The notes: a model not told the origin generated them from the sequence alone. A DNA stretch of 24,000 bases from Thermoanaerobacterales bacterium (GCA_012839065.1 DUOC01000009.1:3923-27922); one strand, 5' to 3'. Shown: positions 9,193 through 17,320, counted from the first letter of the stretch. Made by a program: numbers and translations.

Positions 9193-10014
9193 TTATTTTT
9201 TTATTAAATTTTCATGTGCTATTTTTATAGTTTCTTTAATTATTTTGTCTTTATTTATTCCTGTAAAATTAGTGTTTGATTTTATAAGATGAATCAAATA
9301 TTCTATATTCCCTTTAGGGCCTATAATCGGAGAATAAGTTATGTCATTAAAACTTATATCGTTTTCTTCGCAGAATTGAATGATAGAATTAACTACTTCG
9401 TAATGAGTATTGGGCGATTTGACAACTCCTTTTTTACCCACTTTTTGCCTTTCGGTTTCAAATTGTGGCTTTATAAGTGCTATAATTTCACCTTGTTCTA
9501 TAAGGAGTTTTATTACTGCAGGTATTACTTTTTTGAGTGAAATAAATGAAACATCTATTGTAGCTATATCACATTTTTCACCTATATCATCTAAGTTTAT
9601 ATATCTAATATTTTTTCTTTCAATTGCTACAACTCTGGGGTCATTTCTTAGTTTCCAATCTAACTGTCCATATCCTACATCAATAGCATATACCTTTTTT
9701 GCCCCAAAATTTAACAAACAATGTGTAAATCCGCCTGTAGAAGCTCCTACATCAATTATGACTTTATTTTTAACATTTATATTAAAAACATTTAGTGCTT
9801 TTTCTAACTTTAAACCACCTCTGCTTACGTACGGACAAGAATCGCCTTTTATTTCTATAGCACTTTCAATGTCAACTTCAGTTCCGGGTTTGTCAACTAG
9901 TTTTTTATCTACTAATATCAAGCCAGACATTATTGCTCTTTTAGCTTTTTCTCTACTTTCATATAATCCCCTTGTTACAAGGAGACAATCAAGCCTTTGC
10001 TTCTTTGAATTCAA
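9193..10014 (-). CDS. tlyA: TlyA-family rRNA 2'-O-methyltransferase (S4 domain plus FtsJ-like methyltransferase domain)
   Basis: RLDCLLVTRGLYESREKAKRAIMSG is S4-like and VIIDVGASTGGFTHCLL is a SAM-binding motif. The track start is GTG 10023. I prefer TTG 10014, which has GGGGTG 6 nt upstream. With either start the gene overlaps the 3' end of dxs. Confidence 0.9.
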   Translation of the reverse strand: MNSKKQRLDCLLVTRGLYESREKAKRAIMSGLILVDKKLVDKPGTEVDIESAIEIKGDSCPYVSRGGLKLEKALNVFNINVKNKVIIDVGASTGGFTHCLLNFGAKKVYAIDVGYGQLDWKLRNDPRVVAIERKNIRYINLDDIGEKCDIATIDVSFISLKKVIPAVIKLLIEQGEIIALIKPQFETERQKVGKKGVVKSPNTHYEVVNSIIQFCEENDISFNDITYSPIIGPKGNIEYLIHLIKSNTNFTGINKDKIIKETIKIAHENLIKK

Positions 10015-11911
10015 AGCTTTCACCCCGTAATAATCTTAAAACACTTTCAACAATTTTTTCGGGTGTTATACCCACTATTTTTAAAAGCTGTTCCCGTGGC
10101 CCATGCTTTATGAAAGCATCCGGAATCCCTAGCCTAACCAATTTTATATCATAAAGTTTTTCCTGTTCAAAAAATTCCAGCACGGCAGATCCAAAACCGC
10201 CCTGCAGTGCATTTTCCTCCACAGTTACAAAATAATTCGAATTTTTATATATTTCCTTTAAAAGCTTACTGTCCAGCGGCTTCAAAAATCTCAAATTAGC
10301 AACACACGCATTTATACCATAATTCATTTTCAAAATATCAGATGCCACAAGCGAGGGATAAACTGTAGAACCAATAGATAATATATTAACATCTTCACCT
10401 TTTCTTAAAATTTCGCCTTTTCCTATTTCGATTTGTACCCATTCTTTTTTATTAATATCATTGATTCCAATCCCAGTGCCTCGAGGATACCTAATTGCTA
10501 CGGGGTTTGATATATTGATCGCAGTTTTAAGTGCACTGCTTAGCTCATTCTCATCTTTGGGAGCCATTAAAACGATATTTGGGATATGTCTAAGATAAGA
10601 CATATCAAAAACACCATGGTGAGTTTCTCCATCTTCTCCTACTATTCCAGCCCTGTCTATAGCAAAAATAACATGTAAGTCTTGAAGACATACATCATGG
10701 AGAATCTGGTCATATGCTCTCTGCAAAAAAGTAGAATAAATTGCTACCACTGGTATAAATCCTTCGGCTGCCATAGCTGCTGCCATCGTAACTGCATTTT
10801 GCTCAGCTATACCAACATCGAAAAATCTATCGGGAAATTTTTGTGAAAATTTTTTTAGCCCTGTACCATCAGACATTGCAGCTGTAACAGCAATAATTTT
10901 TTCGTTTTCTGCACCTAAAGCACATAAGGTTTCCCCAAAAACTTCGGAATACGAAAGAAACTTTGTTTTATTTAAGGATCTACCTGTTTTTTTATTAAAC
11001 GGTCCTACTCCATGATAATAATCGGGATTCCTTTCAGCGTATGGATAACCTTTGCCTTTCTTAGTTATAACATGAATTAGTTTAGGCCCACTGCTTTTTT
11101 TAGCCATTTCTAATGTAGAAATCATCTGACTTATATTATGACCATCTATAGGTCCAAAATACTTAAAGCCTAGTTCTTCAAATAGTATCCCCGGAACGAG
11201 CAAATACTTCAAACCATCTTTTGCTCTTTCGGCAGTTTTAGCCAGTTTTTTGCCTATTGCAGGTATATTTTTTAAAATGGTTTCTATATCAGTTTTTAGT
11301 TTCGAATAGGTTGGATCAATCCTTAGACGCGTTAAATACGATGATAAAGCCCCTATATTATGGGAAATTGACATTTCATTATCATTTAATATCACAATTA
11401 AATTGCTTTTAATATGACCTGCATAATTTAATGCTTCAAAAGACATGCCACCTGTTAATGCTCCATCTCCAATTACAGCTATTACTTCATTTTTTTCGCC
11501 TTTTAGATCTCTTGCTTGTGCAAAACCCACAGCTGCTGATATTGAAGTACTGCTATGACCCGTGTTAAACACATCATGTACACTTTCTGTACGCTTTGGA
11601 AAGCCGCTAATTCCATCATACTTACGAAGCGTTCTAAATTGTTTGAACCTACCAGTTATTAATTTATGGACATAAGACTGATGCCCAACATCCCATATTA
11701 TTTTATCTTCTGGGCTTGAGAATACCTTATGCAATGCAATTGTTAATTCAACTACCCCTAAATTTGAAGCCAAATGCCCCCCGTTAGCCGAAACTGTATC
11801 TATTATATACTGACGAATTTCTTGAGATAAAATTTCAAGCTCTGTATAACTTAATCTTTTTATATCTTCAGGGCTATTAACACATTTTATTAAATTATAT
11901 TCTATACTCAT
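9989..11911 (-). CDS. dxs: 1-deoxy-D-xylulose-5-phosphate synthase
   Basis: 640 aa with typical DXS motifs: GGHLASNLGVVELT, GHSSTSISAAVG and GDGALTGGMSFEALN (TPP binding). Confidence 0.97.
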   Translation of the reverse strand: MSIEYNLIKCVNSPEDIKRLSYTELEILSQEIRQYIIDTVSANGGHLASNLGVVELTIALHKVFSSPEDKIIWDVGHQSYVHKLITGRFKQFRTLRKYDGISGFPKRTESVHDVFNTGHSSTSISAAVGFAQARDLKGEKNEVIAVIGDGALTGGMSFEALNYAGHIKSNLIVILNDNEMSISHNIGALSSYLTRLRIDPTYSKLKTDIETILKNIPAIGKKLAKTAERAKDGLKYLLVPGILFEELGFKYFGPIDGHNISQMISTLEMAKKSSGPKLIHVITKKGKGYPYAERNPDYYHGVGPFNKKTGRSLNKTKFLSYSEVFGETLCALGAENEKIIAVTAAMSDGTGLKKFSQKFPDRFFDVGIAEQNAVTMAAAMAAEGFIPVVAIYSTFLQRAYDQILHDVCLQDLHVIFAIDRAGIVGEDGETHHGVFDMSYLRHIPNIVLMAPKDENELSSALKTAINISNPVAIRYPRGTGIGINDINKKEWVQIEIGKGEILRKGEDVNILSIGSTVYPSLVASDILKMNYGINACVANLRFLKPLDSKLLKEIYKNSNYFVTVEENALQGGFGSAVLEFFEQEKLYDIKLVRLGIPDAFIKHGPREQLLKIVGITPEKIVESVLRLLRGESFEFKEAKA

Positions 11912-12505
11912 TTATTTACGCGCCTTTCCGTTGTTTTGCAGTAGGTTTAATCCCAATTTTTCCTTTAAAAAATATATTAAAATACCGACTTTTAATACAA
12001 TTTGCTTTGATTTTGATATCGCAAAAGTCTTGCCAATAGCCTTTCCACCAACCATTATAGTTGCTATAATACTCGTCATCAATATAGTAAAGATATAATC
12101 ATTATTTTTAATGTCATAGAACCTTAATATTCTATATACTAATGTTGCTCCGGCAGCACCGCTTAAAGTTCCTGCTATATCTCCAATCACATCATTACAA
12201 AAATTTGATACAATATCTGCATTTCTAATTAAAATGACTGCTTCTTTTGATCCTTTTTGTTTATTTGCAGACATAGCATGGAAAGGAGGTTCATCTGCCG
12301 CGGTTACAGCTACTCCTATAATATCAAACAAAATACCAATAAAAATAATTATTATTAAAATTAAAAAAGCAAATACAACATTTATATTTTTTATCAAATT
12401 CTCTGAAATAAAACTCACAATTAACGTAATGCAAAAAGTCCAAATAAACGCCTTCTTAATCCAGGCCTTTTTATCGTTTTTGCTTTTTACTCTTGATCGT
12501 GCCAA
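11912..12505 (-). CDS. oapA: small polytopic membrane protein (~4 hydrophobic segments, strongly basic N-terminus); candidate OapA, the OLE-associated protein A
   Basis: 197 aa. TTG start 12505..12503 with GGAGG (12517..12513) 7 nt upstream. Its stop codon abuts the dxs ATG. N-terminus is MARSRVKSKNDKKAWIKK. A D-x-x-x-D motif (NDVIGDIAG) matches what I recall as the conserved OapA motif. It lies directly 3' of the structured RNA and 5' of dxs, which is the published OapA position. Confidence 0.7.
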   Translation of the reverse strand: MARSRVKSKNDKKAWIKKAFIWTFCITLIVSFISENLIKNINVVFAFLILIIIIFIGILFDIIGVAVTAADEPPFHAMSANKQKGSKEAVILIRNADIVSNFCNDVIGDIAGTLSGAAGATLVYRILRFYDIKNNDYIFTILMTSIIATIMVGGKAIGKTFAISKSKQIVLKVGILIYFLKEKLGLNLLQNNGKARK

Positions 12506-12529
12506 AAAAAAACCTCCAGAAGATCAATT

Positions 12530-13140
12530 GCAAGGGGATAGATGGTAACATACAAGGTTAATCTTGCGGCTTAAGGTCTAGCAGGATTTCCCAAGCAGTC
12601 ACCTGTTTGTTACCAAACAGGCGGTTTCCCTTTATGTCTGCCTCTGCAAAGTTGCCAAAATGCAGAGCTAGATCACCACTTAGACCACACTGTAATCCCT
12701 TATATGTCTCCACAAAGAGCAGTCTAGGAGCTTTCCTCAACAGTATGATTATTTCCCTAGCCTCTTTTGCAACCAGATTTTCAAAAGGCATAGACTCACT
12801 ATTCAATGGCCGTTGAATAGAAAAGTTTTAAAACCTCTATCCCATCCTGATCACTCAAGGCAGGCTACGCTACACCCAGCACAGCGTCTATACCGGAATG
12901 TAGGTTTACTCATGCAGACAAATCCTTTTGTTGCATAAGTCTCCATGAAAGTGGGGTCAACGCCTACATGCCTTTGCAGATCGCCCCATCTTCCTTAACT
13001 CCCAGCACTGACCCCCGACTGGGCGTCGGCAGCCAACACCAGAAGCTTCATCGATGTGCCCTATGACGGATTTTTAGCCCCGCCTTCAGGAAATAAAATA
13101 CTGACTAGAATACTGCACCATCTATCCACAATTTTTCATT
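12530..13140 (-). ncRNA. ole: large structured noncoding RNA, most likely OLE (ornate, large, extremophilic) RNA; ends approximate
   Basis: This is the only long noncoding gap in the gene train. By hand count, G+C is 34/60 at 12841-12900 and 35/60 at 12961-13020, against clearly AT-rich flanks. A perfect 11-bp closing helix pairs 13127..13117 (GGATAGATGGT) with 12546..12536 (ACCATCTATCC). Internal hairpins lie at 12909-12939 (13 bp, AGGA loop), 12799-12820 (8 bp), 12642-12667 (7 bp) and 12602-12621 (7 bp), and a further helix pairs 13009-13015 with 12953-12959. The size (~600 nt) and the ispA...oapA-dxs context match OLE. Confidence 0.8.
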
Positions 13141-13150
13141 ATTATAGCTT

Positions 13151-13178
13151 ATTATAGCATATTCTTAACTTTATTCAA
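13151..13178 (-). promoter_or_regulatory. sigma-A-type promoter directly upstream of the structured RNA
   Basis: On the minus strand, TTGAAT (13178..13173), a 16-nt spacer, then TGcTATAAT (extended -10; TATAAT at 13156..13151). It begins just after the stop codon of the upstream gene. The predicted TSS near 13144 is about 17 nt before the closing helix. Confidence 0.5.
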
Positions 13179-13179
13179 G

Positions 13180-13635
13180 TCATATGATAATATTAGCAAT
13201 TAAAATGCCCCATAAGCCTCCAACTAAGACTTCTATAGGGGTGTGACCGATCAGTTCTTTAAGTTTATCTTCTTTAATTATTCTTTTTTGCTGAAACAAT
13301 TCACTAATAATTATATTAATTATTTCAGCGTGTCTCCCTGCAGACCTTCTGACACCTGCTGCGTCATACATTACAATTAAAGCTAATACAACAGCCAATG
13401 CAGTAATTGGTGAATGCCAGCCCTCGATTTTACCTATAGCAGTTGCAATAGATGTTACCATCGCTGAGTGAGAACTTGGCATACCTCCAGCAGTTATTAA
13501 CATTTTTATATCAAATCTTTTTGTTAGCAGTATCATAACCAATATTTTCATTATCTGTGCTGTAAGCCAAGCAAAAAGTGCTGTAACTAATATTGGATTT
13601 TTAAGAAGCATAATTAATTCGCGCAATATTTTCAT
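13180..13635 (-). CDS. divergent PAP2-family membrane protein (DUF212; acid phosphatase / vanadium haloperoxidase-related, YuiD-like)
   Basis: 151 aa with the GGMPSSHSA motif and YDAAGVRRxxGxHA, which I recognise as the DUF212 signature. It has several hydrophobic helices. Confidence 0.85.
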   Translation of the reverse strand: MKILRELIMLLKNPILVTALFAWLTAQIMKILVMILLTKRFDIKMLITAGGMPSSHSAMVTSIATAIGKIEGWHSPITALAVVLALIVMYDAAGVRRSAGRHAEIINIIISELFQQKRIIKEDKLKELIGHTPIEVLVGGLWGILIANIII

Positions 13636-13643
13636 TCCTTATT

Positions 13644-14528
13644 TTAGAATTCACGAGTAAGTAAATAATCTGGCAGCAAGTTAAAAAACGTTCCTTTTTC
13701 TCCAAAACTGCCTGCAATTTCTTTTGCTTCATCTGCAAGTTTATGTGCAATACTATAAGTTTTATCAATACCACATAATCTCGGATATGTAGCTTTTTTG
13801 TTTTTTATATCACTGCCAACAGGCTTGCCAATTTTTTTAATGTCACCCTCCAAGTCTAATAAATCATCAGTTATTTGAAATAACAGCCCTAACTTTTCTG
13901 CGTATTTTGTAAGCATATTTAATTGTTCCTCTGACGCATCAAAATATATTGCCCCTGCTCTTATTGAGGCATTTATTAATGCAGCTGTTTTGTTTATATG
14001 TATGTATTCTAATGTGCTAATATTTATTTGTTTCCCTTCAGATTCTAAATCAACTACCTGTCCCCCAATCATGCCTTTTGTACCACAAGACCTGGCAAGT
14101 TCATTTATTATTTGAAGTATTTTATGGGAATTTACTTTATTTTGTTCATTAGAAATAATTTCAAATGCCATTGTCAGCAAAGCATCACCTGCAAGAATAG
14201 CAATTTCTTCTCCAAAAACCTTATGGTTTGTTAGTTTCCCTCTCCTATAATTATCATTGTCCAAAGCCGGTAAGTCATCATGTATTAGAGAGTAGGTATG
14301 TATTAGTTCTACTCCACAAGCTATTGGTATTACATCCTGAAAAGAGCCTCCTACAGTTTCTGCGCTTGCCATTACCAAAATAGGACGTATTCTTTTACCT
14401 CCCGAAAAAATACTATACCTTATCGATTTATGTATTATGTTTGGATATTCACTATCATATGGAAGCAATTTATCTAACGACTCATCAATAATAGCTTTTC
14501 TTTCTGATAAATATTGACGCAAATTCAT
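13644..14528 (-). CDS. ispA: farnesyl/geranyl diphosphate synthase (short-chain polyprenyl synthase)
   Basis: First Asp-rich motif is IHDDLPALDNDNYRRG and the second is FQITDDLLD. The track start at 14594 overlaps xseB by 59 nt. The internal Met (MNLRQYL..., codon 23, start 14528) lies just after the xseB stop and downstream of GGAGGA. Confidence 0.93.
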   Translation of the reverse strand: MNLRQYLSERKAIIDESLDKLLPYDSEYPNIIHKSIRYSIFSGGKRIRPILVMASAETVGGSFQDVIPIACGVELIHTYSLIHDDLPALDNDNYRRGKLTNHKVFGEEIAILAGDALLTMAFEIISNEQNKVNSHKILQIINELARSCGTKGMIGGQVVDLESEGKQINISTLEYIHINKTAALINASIRAGAIYFDASEEQLNMLTKYAEKLGLLFQITDDLLDLEGDIKKIGKPVGSDIKNKKATYPRLCGIDKTYSIAHKLADEAKEIAGSFGEKGTFFNLLPDYLLTREF

Positions 14529-14535
14529 GTTAAAA

Positions 14536-14775
14536 TTATTCCTCCTCGATGTACTCAAATTCTTCCAATAAAAATTCCCCTTTATCTTTTTCAATTAATA
14601 AACTGATTTTACCTTCAATTTCATTTATTTTGTTTGTACAGAATTGTGCAAGCTTTACACCTTTTTCGAATTTCTTTAAGGCTTCTTCCATTGGCAAATC
14701 ACCCTTTTCAAGTAATTCTACTATTTGTTCGAGTTGTTGTAAAGCTGATTCAAAAGTAATATCTTCTTTATCCAT
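14536..14775 (-). CDS. xseB: exodeoxyribonuclease VII small subunit
   Basis: 79 aa, helical and acidic. The FESALQQLEQIVELLEKGDLPMEEALKKFEKG pattern is typical of XseB, and it immediately follows xseA. Confidence 0.93.
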   Translation of the reverse strand: MDKEDITFESALQQLEQIVELLEKGDLPMEEALKKFEKGVKLAQFCTNKINEIEGKISLLIEKDKGEFLLEEFEYIEEE

Positions 14776-14777
14776 GG

Positions 14778-15980
14778 TTATTCATCTCCTTTAATCACTA
14801 GAATTTTACTATCAACCTGCCCGTTTGTAAGGAGTGTTTCAATTATATCCCCTTCCTTTAATCCAGAAATTTCTTTAACTATTTTTTTGTCTTTATGACT
14901 TCTTGTTATACTATATCCTCTATCTAAAACTTTTAAAGGGCTTAAAGCATCTAGTTTACCGATAATATTAATAAATTTATTTTTCTTAATTTCCATTAGC
15001 CTTTTGAAATCTTTGTGAAGATCCCTTGTTATGTGATCCACTTCTTGCTGTTTTTGAAGTAGATTATCTTGCATTTCCGAAAATATTCTGCTTTCTAGAA
15101 ATGATAATTTGTTTTTATTTAATGTTATTTTTTTTGAAACCTGCAATTTTAATCTCTGTTTTAGGATCTCGATTTTGTGTTCAATTTCTTTTTTTACCGG
15201 TACAGTCAGTTCGCCTGCAGCCGACGGAGTAGGCGCTCGTAAGTCCGCAACAAAATCTGCGATTGTAAAGTCCCTATCGTGTCCAACTGCTGAAACAATC
15301 GGGATTTTTGAATTATATATGCTTCTGGCAACTATTTCTTCATTGAACGCCCAAAGTTCCTCTATTGAGCCTCCACCCCTTGTTATTACTATTACATCAA
15401 TTTCACCGAACCTGTTTAATAAATCTATTGCATTAGATATTTGTTCCGCTGCAAGACTGCCCTGCACCAGCACAGGTACCAAAGTTATACTTATATTTGG
15501 GAAACGTCTTTTTACAACAGTCAAAAAATCTTTAACAGCAGCACCTTTCGCTGAGGTAATTAAACCTATACTTCTTGGAAGTAGCGGTATTTTCTTTTTG
15601 TGTTCTGCATTAAATAAGCCTTCCAATTCCAATTTGTTTTTGAGTTGTTCAAAAGCAAGATGTAGTGACCCTATACCATCAGGTTGTATATCATTAACAT
15701 ATAATTGATATACTCCATCCCTTTCGTATACTGATATATATCCATTTGCTATAACCTTCATGCCATTTGCCATTTCAAAATTTAGTAACCGATTTTTACT
15801 GCTGAACATCACACAACTTAACCTGCTGTTTTTATCTTTTAGTGTAAAGTACATATGCCCTGACGTATGTTTAATATAATTTGATACTTCGCCCTTTACA
15901 TAAATATTATACAATATTGGATCAGAGACGAATACTTGTTTAATATATTTTGTTACTTCGCTTACTGTTAAAGTAGTCAT
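14778..15980 (-). CDS. xseA: exodeoxyribonuclease VII large subunit
   Basis: 400 aa. N-terminal OB fold (VKGEVSNYIKHTSGHMYFTLKD), catalytic core (ITRGGGSIEELWAFNEE) and a C-terminal coiled coil. Confidence 0.95.
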   Translation of the reverse strand: MTTLTVSEVTKYIKQVFVSDPILYNIYVKGEVSNYIKHTSGHMYFTLKDKNSRLSCVMFSSKNRLLNFEMANGMKVIANGYISVYERDGVYQLYVNDIQPDGIGSLHLAFEQLKNKLELEGLFNAEHKKKIPLLPRSIGLITSAKGAAVKDFLTVVKRRFPNISITLVPVLVQGSLAAEQISNAIDLLNRFGEIDVIVITRGGGSIEELWAFNEEIVARSIYNSKIPIVSAVGHDRDFTIADFVADLRAPTPSAAGELTVPVKKEIEHKIEILKQRLKLQVSKKITLNKNKLSFLESRIFSEMQDNLLQKQQEVDHITRDLHKDFKRLMEIKKNKFINIIGKLDALSPLKVLDRGYSITRSHKDKKIVKEISGLKEGDIIETLLTNGQVDSKILVIKGDE

Positions 15981-15996
15981 TTATACTGCCCCTTTC

Positions 15997-16446
15997 TTAA
16001 GGATTCTCTGTTGTAAAGAGCTCTTTTATTTTTTCGATATCCGTCAAAACTTTACCTAATATACCATTAACAAATTTACCTGATTCTTTACTGCTGTATT
16101 TTTTAGTAATTTCAACAGCTTCGTTTATTGTTACCTCATAAGGGATATCCTCTCTAAAGATAATCTCAAATATTGAAAATCTTAAAATATTTTTATCAAC
16201 ATTAGCTAACCGATCAAGTTTCCAATCTATACTGTATTCATCAATAATTGAATCTATTTTTTCTAGATTTTCTATGGTACCTTCCACAATTTCTTTAATA
16301 TAAATTATATTTCTATCTTTTACTAGATTTATATTTACATTAATTCGGGAAAAAAAATCATTTAAAACTTCTTCTGCATCCCCACCGCCTACATCTATCG
16401 CAAACAATATTTTAAGCACATTTTCTCTTGCTTGCTTTCGGTTCAT
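15997..16446 (-). CDS. nusB: transcription antitermination factor NusB
   Basis: 149 aa. RKQARENVLKILFAIDV..., RLANVDKNILRFSIFEI and YSSKESGKFVNGILGKV are all typical of NusB. Confidence 0.95.
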   Translation of the reverse strand: MNRKQARENVLKILFAIDVGGGDAEEVLNDFFSRINVNINLVKDRNIIYIKEIVEGTIENLEKIDSIIDEYSIDWKLDRLANVDKNILRFSIFEIIFREDIPYEVTINEAVEITKKYSSKESGKFVNGILGKVLTDIEKIKELFTTENP

Positions 16447-16484
16447 TATATATTAGTCCTCCTTATGCGTTAAATAATGTGTTA

Positions 16485-16703
16485 TCAAGTGCTAGGTGGT
16501 AATATTCTATCAAGTAATTTTCTAATATCCTCTTTATTATCTACTTTCTTCCCAAGAATATATCCAATACATACACATAATACTATAAAAAAAGCTTTAA
16601 AAAAACCTAAAAAAATTATAAGAAGACTTATTAAAAGCCCTAAACATGCACCTGTTATCTTCCCTTTATGTTCTTTTAATACATCTAATATTTCGTTCCA
16701 CAT
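16485..16703 (-). CDS. DUF2273 small integral membrane protein (third gene of the asp23 locus)
   Basis: Two-TM core GKITGACLGLLISLLIIFLGFFKAFFIVLCVCIGYILG. The preferred start is ATG 16703, with GAGGTG 6 nt upstream. The track start at 16733 is a TTG without an SD. Confidence 0.8.
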   Translation of the reverse strand: MWNEILDVLKEHKGKITGACLGLLISLLIIFLGFFKAFFIVLCVCIGYILGKKVDNKEDIRKLLDRILPPST

Positions 16704-16738
16704 TTCTAACACCTCACAAAAATGACGTAACAAACTGC

Positions 16739-17260
16739 CTACAAGTTGCTTGTAATAATATTTTCAATTATAACCTCAGCTTCTTTTATTTTAATACCTG
16801 TTATACGCTCAATATTTTCTTTAACATATTTTCGTATATCATCTGCAGTTTCAGGTACGTTTCTATCAGATGTAGCTACTATTTTTATAACTAAGTTTAT
16901 ATTGTTTTTATGTGAATTGATAGAAACTTTTACATCTTTTACCCCTAATATATCTTTTACAGTGCTGACTACAATATTTTCTATCGCTGTATCAGAAATC
17001 CTTATTTCTCCCATATCATTAACAGAAATTAATTTTTTATAAGACTTATTCCTTTTTATAGATGATAGCAAGAATTTTATACTTATAATTAAGAAAATCA
17101 GGCCAGCTACGCCGGTTTCCCATCTTCCATAAATGTTTCGTATGTATGTCAAGCAGTAATTCAATGATATTACCTTAAAAGATACTAATAGCATTACTAC
17201 AGCAAGTATGACAAAACATAAAGAATATATTGTTAAAATTATCCTATCCAATAATTTCAT
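16739..17260 (-). CDS. amaP: AmaP-like alkaline-shock-response membrane anchor protein
   Basis: 173 aa with two N-terminal TM helices followed by an Asp23-like soluble domain. It is positioned between asp23 and DUF2273, as in the conserved asp23 operon. Confidence 0.8.
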   Translation of the reverse strand: MKLLDRIILTIYSLCFVILAVVMLLVSFKVISLNYCLTYIRNIYGRWETGVAGLIFLIISIKFLLSSIKRNKSYKKLISVNDMGEIRISDTAIENIVVSTVKDILGVKDVKVSINSHKNNINLVIKIVATSDRNVPETADDIRKYVKENIERITGIKIKEAEVIIENIITSNL

Positions 17261-17289
17261 TTCAAAACTCCTCCCCCTTTAAAATTCAA

Positions 17290-17320
17290 AATAACCCCCA
17301 AATAGGGGGCTATTTTTTAA
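17290..17320 (-). terminator. GC hairpin between asp23 and amaP; a possible partial terminator or processing site
   Basis: On the minus strand AGCCCCC-tattt-GGGGGTT forms 5 G-C pairs plus one G-U and one A-U, followed by attttgaatttt. On the plus strand the 5 G-C core is also followed by a T-run. Confidence 0.4.

Noticed and set aside
12495-12512. TTGGCAC at the oapA-like start, which resembles a sigma-54 -24 element
   Set aside because: The sequence 5 nt downstream is AGAGT, not TTGC, so there is no -12 element. The motif is simply the TTG start codon followed by GCA CGA.
12720-12760. The GAGGAAAGCTCC motif, which is reminiscent of the RNase P RNA conserved GAGGAAAGUCC element
   Set aside because: I could not find the other universally conserved RNase P regions. 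The size (~600 nt) and the ispA/dxs context do not fit rnpB. I also saw no group II intron hallmarks (5' GUGYG, a domain V-like hairpin).
12558-12816. An 82-aa minus-strand ORF (12558-12806) and a 69-aa plus-strand ORF (12607-12816) inside the GC-rich gap
   Set aside because: Both begin at TTG codons with no SD. The minus-strand start lies inside the 12799-12820 hairpin. The sequences have no recognisable motifs, and the region is better explained as a structured RNA.
12875-13008. Short direct repeats within the RNA: GTGCTGGG twice (13008..13001 and 12882..12875), TGGAGAC-TAT twice, and GGGAAAYC twice
   Set aside because: Repeats of 7-8 nt are expected by chance a few times in 600 nt. They are not evidence of repeated binding sites without comparative data.
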